DNA of 15,815 nucleotides from Oligoflexia bacterium (GTDB lineage Bacteria; Bdellovibrionota; UBA1018): NCBI GenBank assembly GCA_043732485.1, contig JAYTHP010000062.1, positions 1 to 15,815 of the forward strand, read 5' to 3'. Shown piece by piece: positions 15,215 to 15,815 of this stretch (position 1 is its first letter; each line of letters starts with the position of its first letter). The notes under the pieces were generated by a model. It saw only the letters and a program-made list of their open reading frames with translations, ran no database searches and was not told where the DNA came from. The position numbers and the translations under genes were made by a program.

Positions 15215-15815
15215 GGCCCACGCACCCCCCCCATTTACTGGTTCTGTCAGGACCTTCGGGCGTGGGCAAAACCACGCTTGCAAAAAAACTGCTAGCGCGC
15301 TATCCCCGCTTGCAAGCCTCTATCTCCACCACCACCCGCAAGCCTCGAAATCAGGAGCATCACGGCAAGGACTATTACTTCGTTTCGCGGGAGGAATTTC
15401 AGCAAAAAATTACGGCAGGCTTTTTTGCGGAATGGGCGCAAGTGCATGATCAGTTTTACGGCACCTCGCTTGAGCCGCTCCATGCAGCCAATACCGAAAG
15501 CCAGGTGTTCTTACTGGAAATTGATGTGCAAGGCGCCCGCAAAATTCTTACGACTTACGACCAGCAATGCTACCTCATTTTCATCCATCCCCCGGACCTG
15601 GCCACCCTTGCCGAACGCTTGCGCCGACGCAGCACGGAAAGCCCACAAGAGATGGAAAAAAGACTGCAGCAAAGCCAACTAGAGATTAACGACAGTCACT
15701 TTTTTCATACCGCAATCACCAATCATTCGCTTGAGCAATCCTTTCGTGAGTTGTGTGCGTGTGTGGAGCAGGAACTGCACTTAAAACCGCTCGGCGGTGG
15801 CGATCAGGTCCTTCA
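15211..15815 (+). CDS. gmk: Guanylate kinase (stop codon outside window)
   Basis: Not in ORF track. ATGA overlap with the accA stop; translates MRPTHPPHLLVLSGPSGVGKTT...SISTTTRKPR.QE.HGKDYYFVS...EWAQVH..FYGT...LEIDVQGA...IFIHPP...RL; open to the edge. Confidence 0.96.
   Translation, partial: MRPTHPPHLLVLSGPSGVGKTTLAKKLLARYPRLQASISTTTRKPRNQEHHGKDYYFVSREEFQQKITAGFFAEWAQVHDQFYGTSLEPLHAANTESQVFLLEIDVQGARKILTTYDQQCYLIFIHPPDLATLAERLRRRSTESPQEMEKRLQQSQLEINDSHFFHTAITNHSLEQSFRELCACVEQELHLKPLGGGDQVL

Noticed and set aside
1..15815. CRISPR array, IS/transposase, integrase, phage or defence genes
   Set aside because: No regularly spaced repeats or recognisable motifs of these classes were seen.

Overview
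Bacterial chromosomal window. Gene content (FHA-type sigma54 activator, orphan long FliL, many signal-peptide orphans) suggests a Bdellovibrionota/Oligoflexia- or Myxococcota-like organism; this is an inference. Left to right: three tandem, highly diverged paralogous secreted proteins on the minus strand (the first runs off the window and is missing from the ORF track) downstream of tRNA-Leu(CAA); an S66 LD-carboxypeptidase, a small 2-TM protein and engB (all minus); an 873-aa exported protein with ~16 LxxxQ(I/L)xxL repeats and a C-terminal domain resembling NEL-type (IpaH/SspH) E3 ubiquitin ligases; an intergenic module of perfect palindrome, near-consensus sigma54 promoter and ~165-nt rod-shaped putative ncRNA in front of a degenerate-FHA sigma54 enhancer-binding protein; then FliL-like, SmpA/BamE-like lipoprotein, accA and gmk (truncated by the edge). 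The most interesting candidates are the NEL-like repeat protein, the sigma54/ncRNA/bEBP module and the secreted paralog family. All homology calls are by eye; no searches were run.
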